Source of the DNA: Thermodesulfobacteriota bacterium
GTDB lineage: Bacteria > Desulfobacterota_D > UBA1144 > Nemesobacterales > Mycalebacteriaceae
Length of the DNA stretch: 64,000 bases
Direction of reading: 5' to 3'
Assembly: GCA_965205855.1 (NCBI GenBank)
Contig: OZ242184.1
Span: 959,454 to 1,023,453 of the forward strand
The notes under the pieces were generated by a model that was given only the letters and a program-made list of their open reading frames with translations, did no database searches and had not been told where the DNA came from. Of this stretch, positions 25,373 through 35,597 are shown one piece after another. A program made the position numbers and the translations under genes. How positions within the stretch are numbered: the stretch's first letter is position 1; each line of letters opens with the position of its first letter.

Positions 25373-26089
25373 TCAGAACAGAAAAGAGACCCTTGCGGTA
25401 CCTGAAGCTCCCCACAAACTGTCAATGGGGCCATCCGGATTGTTGAGAACGTAGTGGAATCTTCCCTCAACACCCATTTTCACCTTGGGGCTTTTTATAT
25501 AGTCAAAAGAAAGCGTGCCTATAACCGGTAGGAATTTTTTATTGTCAATCTGGTCTCCCAAATCATAAATCAGCAATCCGGTTCCCGCGCCCACAGACAC
25601 TTCCACCGGAGCCGCCGGCATCAACCAACTGGCTTCCACAATAGCCGGCACAAAGAGGTGACTTAAAGAGTTATCTCTGCTACTCGTGACCCCAACCATA
25701 ATCTCAGGCTCAACCCTGACTCTTGAATTGACCATTACTCCAAAGACGTCGACTTTAAAAAAAGAACGGGTCATTCCGGCACTCATGGTAAAGCCTTGTT
25801 CGCTGATGTCTTGTTCGCCGGTCAGAGAGGCCTTTTGGTAGAAGTACCCGCTTTTGAGGGTAATTTCCTTGTTTCTGTCACTGTAAACATTTGCCTCCAT
25901 ACTCTCCATAATGTCACCATCGTCTTCCATAACTCCCGCTCCCGCATTGGAAACAAAGAAAAACGCGACGGCGGCCACAATAATCACAAAAAAGATAGAT
26001 TTTTGATTACTCACTTGCAAGTCCTCCTGCATATTATAAAACATTAAAGCCACACTTAAGAAATGTTTAGATATTGTATTCCGTGCCAT
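25373..26089 (-). CDS. Outer-membrane beta-barrel protein
   Basis: Hydrophobic signal-like segment IFFVIIVAAVAFFFVSNAGAG, alternating beta-strand pattern, and a C-terminal ARVSFLF with terminal Phe. Confidence 0.6.
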   Translation of the reverse strand: MARNTISKHFLSVALMFYNMQEDLQVSNQKSIFFVIIVAAVAFFFVSNAGAGVMEDDGDIMESMEANVYSDRNKEITLKSGYFYQKASLTGEQDISEQGFTMSAGMTRSFFKVDVFGVMVNSRVRVEPEIMVGVTSSRDNSLSHLFVPAIVEASWLMPAAPVEVSVGAGTGLLIYDLGDQIDNKKFLPVIGTLSFDYIKSPKVKMGVEGRFHYVLNNPDGPIDSLWGASGTARVSFLF

Positions 26090-26227
26090 TTTACAACCTT
26101 CAACCGGAGTTTGTCAATATGCGATTATAAAAAACAGCGCAATTTGAATTTTTCCGTCATTGCTGTGAATATATGTTTTTGCGGTCTGTTTCCGACCGTA
26201 AATTTCACTTGGAAGGTGGGTTTTTAT

Positions 26228-27010
26228 ATGAAAGAAAACATGAAAGGCAAATGGGCGGTTGTTCTTGGAGCTTCAAGCGGTTTCGGCGAAGCCGCCTGTA
26301 TTGAATTGGCGAGAAACGGCATGAACATCTGCGGCGTCCATTTGGACAGAAGGGCGGGAATGGAAAATGTTGAGAAAATTAAAGACAAAATTCAGTCCGA
26401 AGGGGTAGAAGCCGTTTTCTCCAATGTTAACGCCGCCGATCCTGAAAAGCGCAAAGAGGTGCTGGACGGATTGGAGGGGGAAGGCTCTGTCAAAGTTCTT
26501 CTGCACTCTCTCGCATTCGGAACCTTGAAACACTACATATCGGATGACCCCGCGCAGATGCTGACAAACAAGAACATTGATATGACGCTTGATGTTATGG
26601 CTCACAGCCTCGTCTACTGGTCTCAGGGTATCGTAACAAGAAAACTCATGACCGAAGGCGGAAGAATCTTTGCGATGACAAGCTCCGGGAGCCACCGAGT
26701 CTGGCCCACTTACGGAGCCGTTTCCGCTGCGAAAGCAGCGCTTGAGCACCACATTCGTCAACTTGCCGTTGAGCTTGCTCCGAAAAAAATTACCGCCAAC
26801 TCAATAAGGGCGGGTGTAACTGACACTCCTGCGCTCAGGAAAATTCCTGGAAACAAAGCGCTTGTTGAAAACGCAATCAGAGTCAACCCTTCGGGACGAT
26901 TGACAACAACCGAAGATGTGGCAAAAGCAATCGCCCTACTCTGCCGTGACGAAGCAAACTGGATTACCGGCAATATCATAGGAGTTGACGGCGGAGAGGA
27001 TTTAATATGA
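26228..27010 (+). CDS. SDR-family oxidoreductase, FabL-like enoyl-ACP reductase candidate
   Basis: VVLGASSGFGEA dinucleotide motif and YGAVSAAKAALE (YxxxK). Start moved to MKENMKGKW at 26228. Confidence 0.75.
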   Translation: MKENMKGKWAVVLGASSGFGEAACIELARNGMNICGVHLDRRAGMENVEKIKDKIQSEGVEAVFSNVNAADPEKRKEVLDGLEGEGSVKVLLHSLAFGTLKHYISDDPAQMLTNKNIDMTLDVMAHSLVYWSQGIVTRKLMTEGGRIFAMTSSGSHRVWPTYGAVSAAKAALEHHIRQLAVELAPKKITANSIRAGVTDTPALRKIPGNKALVENAIRVNPSGRLTTTEDVAKAIALLCRDEANWITGNIIGVDGGEDLI

Positions 27011-27260
27011 AAAACCCAGTGCTTGAGAACTATTCGCCGTTCCTTTAGAGACAAGCAAACTTTCCCTCTCTTTGTGACAGCCGACACATGGTAAATTTCT
27101 TTCACGGAAAACCCCTTCCAAGTCCGCAAAATCCTCTTCCTCTCGAACGCAAATCTAAAGGGCGGAGAGTTATCCCTTTCCGATAAAATGGCAAATAGTA
27201 TATGATGTATCTTCTGATTGACGAGAGGCGGCGCGGGGTTAACACAGGACACAGGCGGAA

Positions 27261-28712
27261 ATGAGCAAACTTCCCGACATCAAACTCTACAATACCCTTT
27301 TGCACAAGAAAGAGACGCTTGAACCGAAAAACTCCGGCAAGGTCGGCATATATGCGTGCGGCCCCACGGTTTATGACTCCGCCCACCTTGGGCATGCGCG
27401 CTCGGCGGTATCGTTTGATGTTATAAGGCGTTTTCTTGTCCACGCGGGATACGAAGTAACCTTCGTACGCAACTACACCGATGTTGATGATAAAATCATC
27501 AACCGCGCAAATGAAACCGGAAAAACTGCGGAAGAAATATCTGAGATTTACATAAAAGACTACAGCGAGGACATGGAAGCCCTTGGCGTTCTGACCCCCG
27601 ATGTTGAGCCGAGAGTTACAACCCACATTGCGCAAATCATCTCTCTTGTTAAGCAAATTATCAAAAGCGGTATCGCCTATGAGTCCGGTGGCGATGTATT
27701 CTTTTCCGTAAGAAAATTTGAGAAATACGGGGAACTGTCGCGCAGAAGCGTTGACTCAATGTTTGAAGCGGTGCGCATAGACCTGAATGAAAAAAAGGAT
27801 GACGCTCTTGATTTTGCTCTGTGGAAAGCAGCAAAGCCCGGAGAGCCAAGCTGGGAAAGCCCATGGGGAAAAGGCAGGCCAGGATGGCATATAGAATGTA
27901 GCGCGATGAGCATGGAGTATCTCGGAAGCGACTTTGACATACACGGCGGCGGAAAGGATTTGATTTTTCCTCACCATGAGAATGAAATCGCCCAGTCCCG
28001 CGCGGCAGGAGGCGGATTTGCCAAATACTGGATGCACAATGGGCTTATACAGATAAACAGGGAAAAGATGTCAAAATCGCTTGACAACTTTCTGACCGTA
28101 AAACAGGCGCTTGAAATCTGGTCTCCCGAAGCCATACGGCTTTTCTTTTTGCTTCACCACTACCGCAATCCGGCGGATTTTTCAGAGAAAGCTCTGAACG
28201 AGGCGGAGGTGTCTCTGGAACGTCTTTATAAAACAGTCGGACGCGCAAAGATGGCGGAAACGGACGGGGGAGAAGATTCCGGACTCGCTCGGGCGACAAA
28301 AAATTTCAGAGAAAAAAGTTTCAGCGCCATGTGCGATGACTTCAATTCCGCAAGCGCCCTCGGACACCTGTTTGACCTGATAAGAGAGATAAACCGCTCG
28401 CTTGATTCTCAAGGCGGCTCTAAACAGGTCGCCGAAGCCATTGAAGCCATAGAGGAGTTTTCGGGCGTTATAGGTATTCTGTCAAACAATCCCGAGGAAT
28501 ACTTGAAAAGCCCCGCGCCGTCATCGGAAGATGCAATTCCCGAAAGCGAGATTGCAAAACTGATAGAGGAAAGAGAAACGGCGAGAGAAGAAAAAAACTG
28601 GGACAAAGCCGATGAAATCAGAAATATGCTTGCGGACAAAGGCGTTGTTCTTGAAGACGGAGCGCAAGGAACGGTCTGGAGCGTGAAGAAAAAAATTAAC
28701 CCGTCCCTTTAG
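27261..28712 (+). CDS. cysS: Cysteine--tRNA ligase
   Basis: HLGHARS (HIGH) and KMSKS motifs, zinc-site WHIECS. Confidence 0.95.
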   Translation: MSKLPDIKLYNTLLHKKETLEPKNSGKVGIYACGPTVYDSAHLGHARSAVSFDVIRRFLVHAGYEVTFVRNYTDVDDKIINRANETGKTAEEISEIYIKDYSEDMEALGVLTPDVEPRVTTHIAQIISLVKQIIKSGIAYESGGDVFFSVRKFEKYGELSRRSVDSMFEAVRIDLNEKKDDALDFALWKAAKPGEPSWESPWGKGRPGWHIECSAMSMEYLGSDFDIHGGGKDLIFPHHENEIAQSRAAGGGFAKYWMHNGLIQINREKMSKSLDNFLTVKQALEIWSPEAIRLFFLLHHYRNPADFSEKALNEAEVSLERLYKTVGRAKMAETDGGEDSGLARATKNFREKSFSAMCDDFNSASALGHLFDLIREINRSLDSQGGSKQVAEAIEAIEEFSGVIGILSNNPEEYLKSPAPSSEDAIPESEIAKLIEERETAREEKNWDKADEIRNMLADKGVVLEDGAQGTVWSVKKKINPSL

Positions 28713-28750
28713 TATTCAGCAAGCAGACCTAATTTACTGAAAAAAATAAA

Positions 28751-29719
28751 TCAGAGCCAGACGCCCATATACTCAAGCGCTCTTTTTACGGTTTGCGGAG
28801 CCTGCGTTTCACCCCGGCAGCTGAACCAGCACGCTTCGCATTTTGTCTTTTGAAAAAGATCGGGCTTGTATTCGGACCAGTGCGCCACAACAGGCATTTC
28901 ACTACATCTTTTTATATGACCGCTTGGAGTTATCTGTATATGCTCAATCCCCGCCGTGCAGTCGGCCACTCCGCCACGTTCAAAGTAGGCCGGAATCTTG
29001 TTCAGATAGTATTCACTTGAAAGAATTGTCCCCTTCCATTTCCGGCGGCGCTCAACGATTGAATCAACAACACTGCGCACGCGCCCGATGTGTTTGGGGT
29101 CAATAAAATGCGACTCATTATTTGTCTTCATAACCGAGTAGGAACTAAAGGAGACACCGATTCCCCACTCTCTCGCCATGTCCGCTATGCTCAAAATCTC
29201 GTCCAGATTGTCCTCCATGATGACCGTGTTCACAATTATGCTTTTGCCCGGAAACTCCTTTGCCATAGCCGGCATAAGTTCGGAGATGTGTTTCCAGAGC
29301 CCCTGTATACCCCTGTACTGGTCGTGCCTTTCCCCCGGAAAATCAAGAGAAATCGCAATCTGATCCATGCCGGAGTCAAAAAGTTCACGCGCTTTGGCAA
29401 TGTCGAGAAGGTCGCCCTTTGTAACCATTGAGGTGAAAATATACATTGAAGACTCTTTTATCTGGCTAAATATGTCGGGAAGATCTTTGCGTATCATCGG
29501 CTCTCCACCGGTTACGACCGTGACAAGCGGGTTGATTTTTTTTATAACGGGGCTGTAGTCATCAAGGCGAACTTCGTGGCGCGTTTGCCAGTAATCGCAA
29601 AAATCGCATTTTGCGTTGCAAAGTTTTGTAACTTCAAGGTTTGCAAGTATCGGTCTTCCTGCGGCTCTGGAATAGGCGTATTTGGCAATGCCCGCCGCGC
29701 CTTCTCTTATTGAAAGCAT
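28751..29719 (-). CDS. Radical SAM protein with a Cys-rich (SPASM-like) C-terminus
   Basis: CNAKCDFCDYW (CxxxCxxC) and the C-terminal Cys cluster CTAG...RCSE...KCEACWFSC. Confidence 0.85.
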   Translation of the reverse strand: MLSIREGAAGIAKYAYSRAAGRPILANLEVTKLCNAKCDFCDYWQTRHEVRLDDYSPVIKKINPLVTVVTGGEPMIRKDLPDIFSQIKESSMYIFTSMVTKGDLLDIAKARELFDSGMDQIAISLDFPGERHDQYRGIQGLWKHISELMPAMAKEFPGKSIIVNTVIMEDNLDEILSIADMAREWGIGVSFSSYSVMKTNNESHFIDPKHIGRVRSVVDSIVERRRKWKGTILSSEYYLNKIPAYFERGGVADCTAGIEHIQITPSGHIKRCSEMPVVAHWSEYKPDLFQKTKCEACWFSCRGETQAPQTVKRALEYMGVWL

Positions 29720-29836
29720 TCGGGCATTTTATCACGGGCACAGCGCCGTTTCAATCAATAACTTCACCTCAAAACACCTCCGCTCCGCGTCCCGTCCGCT
29801 TGCGGGCAATCGCGTCCGCCTGTTAACATTACCCAA

Positions 29837-31381
29837 ATGAAAGCCGCCACAAGGGAAGAGATTCGTGAGATTGACCGCGCTTCGGTTGAAGACTACGGCA
29901 TCTCGGTAAATGTGCTTATGGAAAACGCCGGACGCGCCGTCTGCACCGCAGTGGTCGGGAAATTCCCTAAAGCGCAAAAAATCGCCGTGATCTGCGGAGG
30001 CGGCAACAACGGCGGAGACGGCTTTGTCGCTGCGCGCCATCTGGCCGGAAAGAAAAAAAAAGTCACAGTTTACACATCAAGAAAAATCGCAAAATACTCC
30101 AAACAACCGCTGGAAAACCTGAATTCCGCCGATAAAAGCGGGATTCCAATCGTTGAAATTGACGCAAATCCGTCCAAAATTTCCCCTTGTGATTTGATAG
30201 TGGACGCTCTGCTTGGCACCGGGCTTGAGTCCGAAGTGAGGAAATCCGATGCCGACTTGATAGACTTCATCAACAACTCAAAATGTCCTCGTCTTTCCGT
30301 GGATATCCCCTCGGGAATAGACGCAAACACCGGAGCCCTTCTCGGGAAAGCGGTCAAAGCGGACGCGACCGTAACATTTGTTGTGCCGAAAATCGGCATA
30401 TCGGTTCATCCGGGAGTTGAGTATGCGGGAGAGATTTTTGTTGCGGGAATCACGACCCCTCACCACCTTGAGGAAAAAATAGACTGCGAAATCACAACTT
30501 ACGCCACTTGCGCGAAAATTTTAAATCCGCGCGCGGTGGATTCTCACAAAGGGACTTACGGACACACTGTTATCCTCGCGGGTAGCGTGGGAAAATCCGG
30601 CGCGGCGATTCTTGCAACCGAAGCGGCGGTCCATTCGGGCTCTGGCCTTGTAACGCTCTGTGTTCCGAAAAGCGTTCACCCTTCCGCCGAGCAAAAAGTT
30701 GTTGAAGCAATGACAGAACCATTGGAAGAATCCGCCGGATGTTTCGGCAAACCATCCGTGGCAAAAGCCAAAGAAATCCTTTCAGGCAAAAGCGCTCTTG
30801 TAATCGGTCCCGGCATATCAACTTCGGAAGAAACCGCCTTTTTTCTCTCTGAAATTGTCTCCGCAGTATCCCGTCCCATTGTGATAGACGCAGACGGGTT
30901 GAACATTCTCGCCGACAATCCCGGCATATTTGAGAAAATCGGAGCGGAGATAATTTTAACGCCTCACCCTGCTGAAATGGCGCGGCTCTGCGGAAAAAGT
31001 ACGGCGGAAATTCAGACAGACAGAGTTGGAGAGGCGCGCAAACTCGCTGAAAAAACGGGATGCTTTGTCGTCCTCAAAGGAGCACGGACAATAATCGCGT
31101 CTCCGCGCGGAAAAGTGTTCATTAATCCAACGGGCAATCCCGCAATGGCTTCGGGCGGAATGGGTGATGTGCTAGCGGGAATTATCGGCGGGCTGCTTGC
31201 TCAAGGTTACAAGCCCGAACAGGCGTGCGTTTTCGGCGTTTTTGCTCACGGGCTTTCGGGGGATATAGCGGCGGAAAAATCCGGCGGCATGGCGGTTCGC
31301 GCAAGCAAGGTTTCAGCCGCCCTTCCCGCCGCATTTGCGAAAATCAGAACTTCGGACGAGGGGTTTTTTAAGGTCATTTGA
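29837..31381 (+). CDS. nnr: Bifunctional NAD(P)H-hydrate epimerase/dehydratase
   Basis: YjeF_N motif ICGGGNNGGDGFVAAR and a C-terminal kinase-like GGMGDVLAGIIGGLLAQG. Confidence 0.9.
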   Translation: MKAATREEIREIDRASVEDYGISVNVLMENAGRAVCTAVVGKFPKAQKIAVICGGGNNGGDGFVAARHLAGKKKKVTVYTSRKIAKYSKQPLENLNSADKSGIPIVEIDANPSKISPCDLIVDALLGTGLESEVRKSDADLIDFINNSKCPRLSVDIPSGIDANTGALLGKAVKADATVTFVVPKIGISVHPGVEYAGEIFVAGITTPHHLEEKIDCEITTYATCAKILNPRAVDSHKGTYGHTVILAGSVGKSGAAILATEAAVHSGSGLVTLCVPKSVHPSAEQKVVEAMTEPLEESAGCFGKPSVAKAKEILSGKSALVIGPGISTSEETAFFLSEIVSAVSRPIVIDADGLNILADNPGIFEKIGAEIILTPHPAEMARLCGKSTAEIQTDRVGEARKLAEKTGCFVVLKGARTIIASPRGKVFINPTGNPAMASGGMGDVLAGIIGGLLAQGYKPEQACVFGVFAHGLSGDIAAEKSGGMAVRASKVSAALPAAFAKIRTSDEGFFKVI

Positions 31382-31893
31382 GCAGACAATTAAAAGTTAC
31401 CACTGCAAGCGAGAAGGGAACCGAAAAACTCGGCGAAAAACTCGCGGCAGTTTTGAAGCCGGGAAACACAATCCTGCTCTACGGCAACCTCGGAGCGGGC
31501 AAAACTGTCATCGCAAGAGGGATAGCACGCGGGCTTGGAATAGAAGAAATAATAACAAGCCCGACTTTTGTCATAATGAACCGCTACAAATGCCCGCCGC
31601 CTCGCTCTGCTCCGCTTTACCATTTTGACCTTTACAGAAACCCGTCCGCCATGGAGTTTGAACAGTTGGGGTTTGCGGAAATTCTGAACGGAAACGGGTT
31701 TTGCGTGATTGAATGGGCGGAAAATCTTCCGGCGGAGTTTGTCGGAAATTCAATCGGAATTGAGATAAAACTATCAAAAGAAAACAAAAACAAGAGGGAA
31801 ATCACAATAATAGCAAATAAAGAAAAAGCCACCCATATAGAAACCGAAATGGAGAAAGGTTTCCGGCTTAAAGAGATTCAAGAAACCGTATGA
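31378..31893 (+). CDS. tsaE: tRNA t6A biosynthesis ATPase TsaE
   Basis: LYGNLGAGKT P-loop, SPTFVIMN, HFDLYR. Confidence 0.85.
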   Translation: MSRQLKVTTASEKGTEKLGEKLAAVLKPGNTILLYGNLGAGKTVIARGIARGLGIEEIITSPTFVIMNRYKCPPPRSAPLYHFDLYRNPSAMEFEQLGFAEILNGNGFCVIEWAENLPAEFVGNSIGIEIKLSKENKNKREITIIANKEKATHIETEMEKGFRLKEIQETV

Positions 31894-33427
31894 GCACCCG
31901 CCTTTGTTCGGGAGTCATTGAAACAACACGGTCTCGCGCGGCTTGCGCCTCGCCCCCATGCCAGAGTACCGCCTCAAGAAGAGTTTGAGCCCGCCCGTCG
32001 TGCAGATAGCCGGCATTTGGATTCACGGTTTTCACCAAGCCGATTCCCCAAAGCGGAGAAGTGCGCCATTCCGAACCCGAAGCATCTCCCGAAGGACGTC
32101 CGTCTGCAAGCCCCCTGCCCATATCGTGAAGTAAAAAGTCCGTATAGGGCCAGATAAGCTGAAAGCCTCTCTCTTTTTCAATATCCTTGCGGGTAACATA
32201 TTTTGGAGTGTGGCAGGAGGCGCATTGCGATTCGTAAAACAGTTTTTTGCCTTGAAGAACTTCCCTGTCGCTGACATTTCGACGTGCCGGTACGGCGAGA
32301 TTTTTTGAGTAAAACTCAACAAACTCAAGAACGGGATCGGGTGCCTCGGTATCTCCGAGGTGTTTTTGCGCTCCGTGCGGAGCGTTGCGGCAGTCCGTCT
32401 GCCGTTTTGTGCATTCGCCCCAATCGGAACCTTCAAGCGGATTGGAAATTCCAATATCATTCACAAACGCTTTTGCCACTTGCATCAAAATGGAACCGGA
32501 TGATGCTTTGAACCCGAAACGCCCGATGGTTATCTCTCCGGTCTTTGTGTCGCGGACAAAATTCGGTTTGCCTGAAATGCCGTCCCCGTCCCGGTCTTCG
32601 GGGTCAGACTTCGCCATTATATCATCGGGATGAACGGCTTCAAGCAAGCCCAATCCGGTCATCTGCGGAGTTGAGCGCGGAGAAGTCATCACTGAACCGC
32701 TCATGGCACCGTAGGAAAGGTTTTCAACCGAATAAATGGGATGCCGCAGAAAGACCGTTTTCCCGCCGTTCAGAAAAACCGGAAATTTCTTGTAAATAAC
32801 CTTCACACGCCCTTCGGGTCTGACCGGAGAAATGGACAAACTCTGTATCTGTCCGCCGTAAACCGGCTCGGGAATACTCAAAATCTCTTTGTTTTCAAAC
32901 GCTTTTATCTCGTATTTCCCATCAGGTGGGACGGACAGAAAAAACAGCATGGATTTGGTTAAAAAACCCGAACTTTGCGGCACTGAGCCGCGTCCGTCCT
33001 TCAAGTGGCAGCTTTGACATGACCTCGCGTTGAAAAGAGGTCCCAATCCGTCCGAGGCGAGAGTTGAAGACGGCGAAGCGACCCACATCTTACGGAAAAA
33101 CGCGTCTCCCACTTGAAACTTTCCCTGCTGTTCAAAAGTCAGGTTTTGTAAATGATGTGAAAAAGAGTCGCGATTGACAAACTTCAGAGAGGTTCCAGCC
33201 CCGCCTTGCATCATCTCAAAACGTTCCGCCCTGTCAAAACTGACTGCCGGACGCGTCAGTTTATAAACGCGGATGCGCTCGGCTTCAGTCAGATCGTAGC
33301 GAAATGGCTCCGCGGACAAAGCGACGTGACAAAATGCCATCAGCGCCGGAAGAAACACCGCAATGAGGGTTCTACTGAAAAACCGCAGCTGGATTGTCAA
33401 GACTGTCTGAGCCCTCAAATTGAACAA
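31868..33427 (-). CDS. DUF1111-family di-haem protein (cytochrome c peroxidase-like)
   Basis: Two CxxCH motifs (CQSCH, CASCH), a signal peptide, about 500 aa. Confidence 0.8.
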   Translation of the reverse strand: MFNLRAQTVLTIQLRFFSRTLIAVFLPALMAFCHVALSAEPFRYDLTEAERIRVYKLTRPAVSFDRAERFEMMQGGAGTSLKFVNRDSFSHHLQNLTFEQQGKFQVGDAFFRKMWVASPSSTLASDGLGPLFNARSCQSCHLKDGRGSVPQSSGFLTKSMLFFLSVPPDGKYEIKAFENKEILSIPEPVYGGQIQSLSISPVRPEGRVKVIYKKFPVFLNGGKTVFLRHPIYSVENLSYGAMSGSVMTSPRSTPQMTGLGLLEAVHPDDIMAKSDPEDRDGDGISGKPNFVRDTKTGEITIGRFGFKASSGSILMQVAKAFVNDIGISNPLEGSDWGECTKRQTDCRNAPHGAQKHLGDTEAPDPVLEFVEFYSKNLAVPARRNVSDREVLQGKKLFYESQCASCHTPKYVTRKDIEKERGFQLIWPYTDFLLHDMGRGLADGRPSGDASGSEWRTSPLWGIGLVKTVNPNAGYLHDGRAQTLLEAVLWHGGEAQAARDRVVSMTPEQRRVLIRFLESL

Positions 33428-34670
33428 CTCCGAGTTTTAGAATTGAGGCAATTCTTTCAATTGAATGTGACTGCTCAACAAGAGCGTCAATGGCATATTG
33501 CACGACCTTGTTTCCTTCAACATTACCATCTCCTATCATCTGGTCGTAGGATTCAATACTCTCGGCGCGTGAGCGCAGTTTTGCCATCACCACCACGGTT
33601 TTGTTAAGGGCGGCAATCGTTTTGTTGTTTGCATCTTCGGACACTCTACGCACCAAATCCGAAACTGAAGCTCCCTCCACAACGGAACCGTCTGTCCGCT
33701 TGTAACGCCCCGTATAGACATTGCGAATTCCTATCTGGTCAAAGTAGTGAGAGTTGTGAGTGTTGTCCGAAAAACAGTCGTGCTCCTCTTCGGGGTCATG
33801 CAGGAGAAGACCCAATTTCATCCTCTCTCCGGCAAGTTCTCCATATGAAAGCGATCCCATTCCGGTAATAATCGCTGCAATACTCGCGCCCGGGTCGTTC
33901 AAAAGATTTTCCCGTGCCGCGCCGCCTTCTTTCCAGTTTGTGACCATCTCCTCCAAATCCGAGACAAGAAGCGCAGTTGCCGCCTTGAGATATTGAACGC
34001 GCCGTTTGCAGTTATCTCCCGTGCATCTGCGTCTGTGGGTGTCAAAATCGGTCGCCGGACGGTTTCCTGCCCCGGGAACGGTTCTGTTCAAATCCTGCCC
34101 CCACAACAGAAACTCAATGGCGTGGTATCCCGTCGCCACATTGTCTTCTTTGTTTTCAGCCTCGTGCAGAAGGTCACGGAGAAGTTCCGGGGTAATTTTC
34201 CTGGCGTCCACCCTCTTGCCTCCCACCGTTATTATTTTGTTGGCAATGACATTAACGGGGCGAAACTCTCCACCGAAACCGCTCCCATATGACGGGTCAA
34301 CATAGTCAATCAGACTTTCGTCAAGAGGCCACGCATTCACCCTTCCCTCCCAGTCATCCACTATGGGATTGCCGAATCTGAAAACCTCGCTCTGCATATA
34401 CGGCACGCGAGATTCGGTCCACGCCGCACGGGCGGCTAAAAGGGTCGCCTCCGAAGGCGAATCAACCAGGGCGAGAACCGACGCTTCAAGAGCACGGGCA
34501 AGGGCAATGGAGTCCTCGTAAGTTGCTTGAGCTACGTCGGCGTAGGTTTTCAGAACCTCAATTTTCTCCGGTTCCGCGGCTTGTGCCACGGGAATACGCA
34601 TGAATACGGCGGACATTGCAAAAAACAGAACCGGCATTAATAATCTTCTCATTTCTCCTCTTTTAAGCAA
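33372..34670 (-). CDS. Imelysin-like (Peptidase_M75 / IrpA-like) periplasmic protein
   Basis: Signal peptide LLMPVLFFAMSAVFMRIPVAQA. The fit of size and position next to a DUF1111 gene is from recollection of imelysin clusters. Confidence 0.65.
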   Translation of the reverse strand: MLKRGEMRRLLMPVLFFAMSAVFMRIPVAQAAEPEKIEVLKTYADVAQATYEDSIALARALEASVLALVDSPSEATLLAARAAWTESRVPYMQSEVFRFGNPIVDDWEGRVNAWPLDESLIDYVDPSYGSGFGGEFRPVNVIANKIITVGGKRVDARKITPELLRDLLHEAENKEDNVATGYHAIEFLLWGQDLNRTVPGAGNRPATDFDTHRRRCTGDNCKRRVQYLKAATALLVSDLEEMVTNWKEGGAARENLLNDPGASIAAIITGMGSLSYGELAGERMKLGLLLHDPEEEHDCFSDNTHNSHYFDQIGIRNVYTGRYKRTDGSVVEGASVSDLVRRVSEDANNKTIAALNKTVVVMAKLRSRAESIESYDQMIGDGNVEGNKVVQYAIDALVEQSHSIERIASILKLGVVQFEGSDSLDNPAAVFQ

Positions 34671-34676
34671 AGATTT

Positions 34677-35435
34677 CTACAAAGCGAGGACGATTTGGAC
34701 ACCGCCCCATGTTCCCGCAGCTTCAACGCTATTGTCCGCTTTTATTTCTTCCTTAATGTCACTCTGTTCAAAACTGTGGTTCAGATGAAAAACAAGAGCC
34801 GCTTTATCCCAAATCGCGACATCCACCTCAACGCCTATCTGAAAATTGTTTGCTCCGTCATGTTCAGGGGTTATGTAACCAAAATCAAATGATTGAAGAA
34901 CATACGGAAAAACGGTTATAGACCCGAAGAACTGAGGAATATCAACCGAAGCCCCTATTTCCACAAAAGAACCGTCCTCTTCGGTTGAATAGACATATCC
35001 AACCGATCCGGAAACAAAAGGCAGACCACCGTAACCCGCTTCCGCGAAAAATTCATTATCTTTGGTGTTGTCGTGAGTGAACTCAAGGCGCGTATATCCG
35101 ACCGATAACTCAACCTCGTGAAACTCAACCCCGTAGCCGACTCCAATATTAACCTCGCTATACTGCTCCTTATCGCCAGCAAGGTGGTCAAAAGCGACTG
35201 AAAGACCCTTATAACCCAGGGAAGTTCCAAAAGTGTAAACACCGCCGCTGGAAAGTTCGTTACGTCCTTCCGACGCGTATTTTGAATCCCAACCGCCGTA
35301 AAACTCAACCTCAACATCCTTGAAAACCGCAAGCCCCGAAGATTCCTCCGCAAACGCAAAACGCCCTCCGGAGAAAACGGTAAACAGAAAAAGCACCGTA
35401 AAAAATGCTGATTTTTTGAGTGAATATTTATTCAT
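34677..35435 (-). CDS. Outer-membrane beta-barrel protein
   Basis: Signal peptide MNKYSLKKSAFFTVLFLFTVFSGGRFAFA and an alternating aromatic/Gly strand pattern. Start placed at the internal Met. Confidence 0.5.
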   Translation of the reverse strand: MNKYSLKKSAFFTVLFLFTVFSGGRFAFAEESSGLAVFKDVEVEFYGGWDSKYASEGRNELSSGGVYTFGTSLGYKGLSVAFDHLAGDKEQYSEVNIGVGYGVEFHEVELSVGYTRLEFTHDNTKDNEFFAEAGYGGLPFVSGSVGYVYSTEEDGSFVEIGASVDIPQFFGSITVFPYVLQSFDFGYITPEHDGANNFQIGVEVDVAIWDKAALVFHLNHSFEQSDIKEEIKADNSVEAAGTWGGVQIVLAL

Positions 35436-35597
35436 TATGGCCTGCTTAATTGAAAAATTTCCACTCAAGATACTATTGTTGACACAGTATATCAAGAATA
35501 TATTTTCGTCATACAAAAAAATTCAACGTTCTGTAATTCACCCTCGCTCTCGGACACTGTTATAATAGACCTCTTAAATCACCACGGCGGAAAAAGA

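Noticed and set aside
27011-27260. The 250-nt leader upstream of cysS considered as a possible T-box or other riboregulator
   Set aside because: No specifier-loop or T-box sequence (AGGGUGGNACCGCG-like) is visible. The region probably just holds the promoter. It remains untested.
35517-35597. A lysine riboswitch ahead of lysC
   Set aside because: The leader is only about 80 nt, too short for an L-box, and no conserved L-box elements were recognised.
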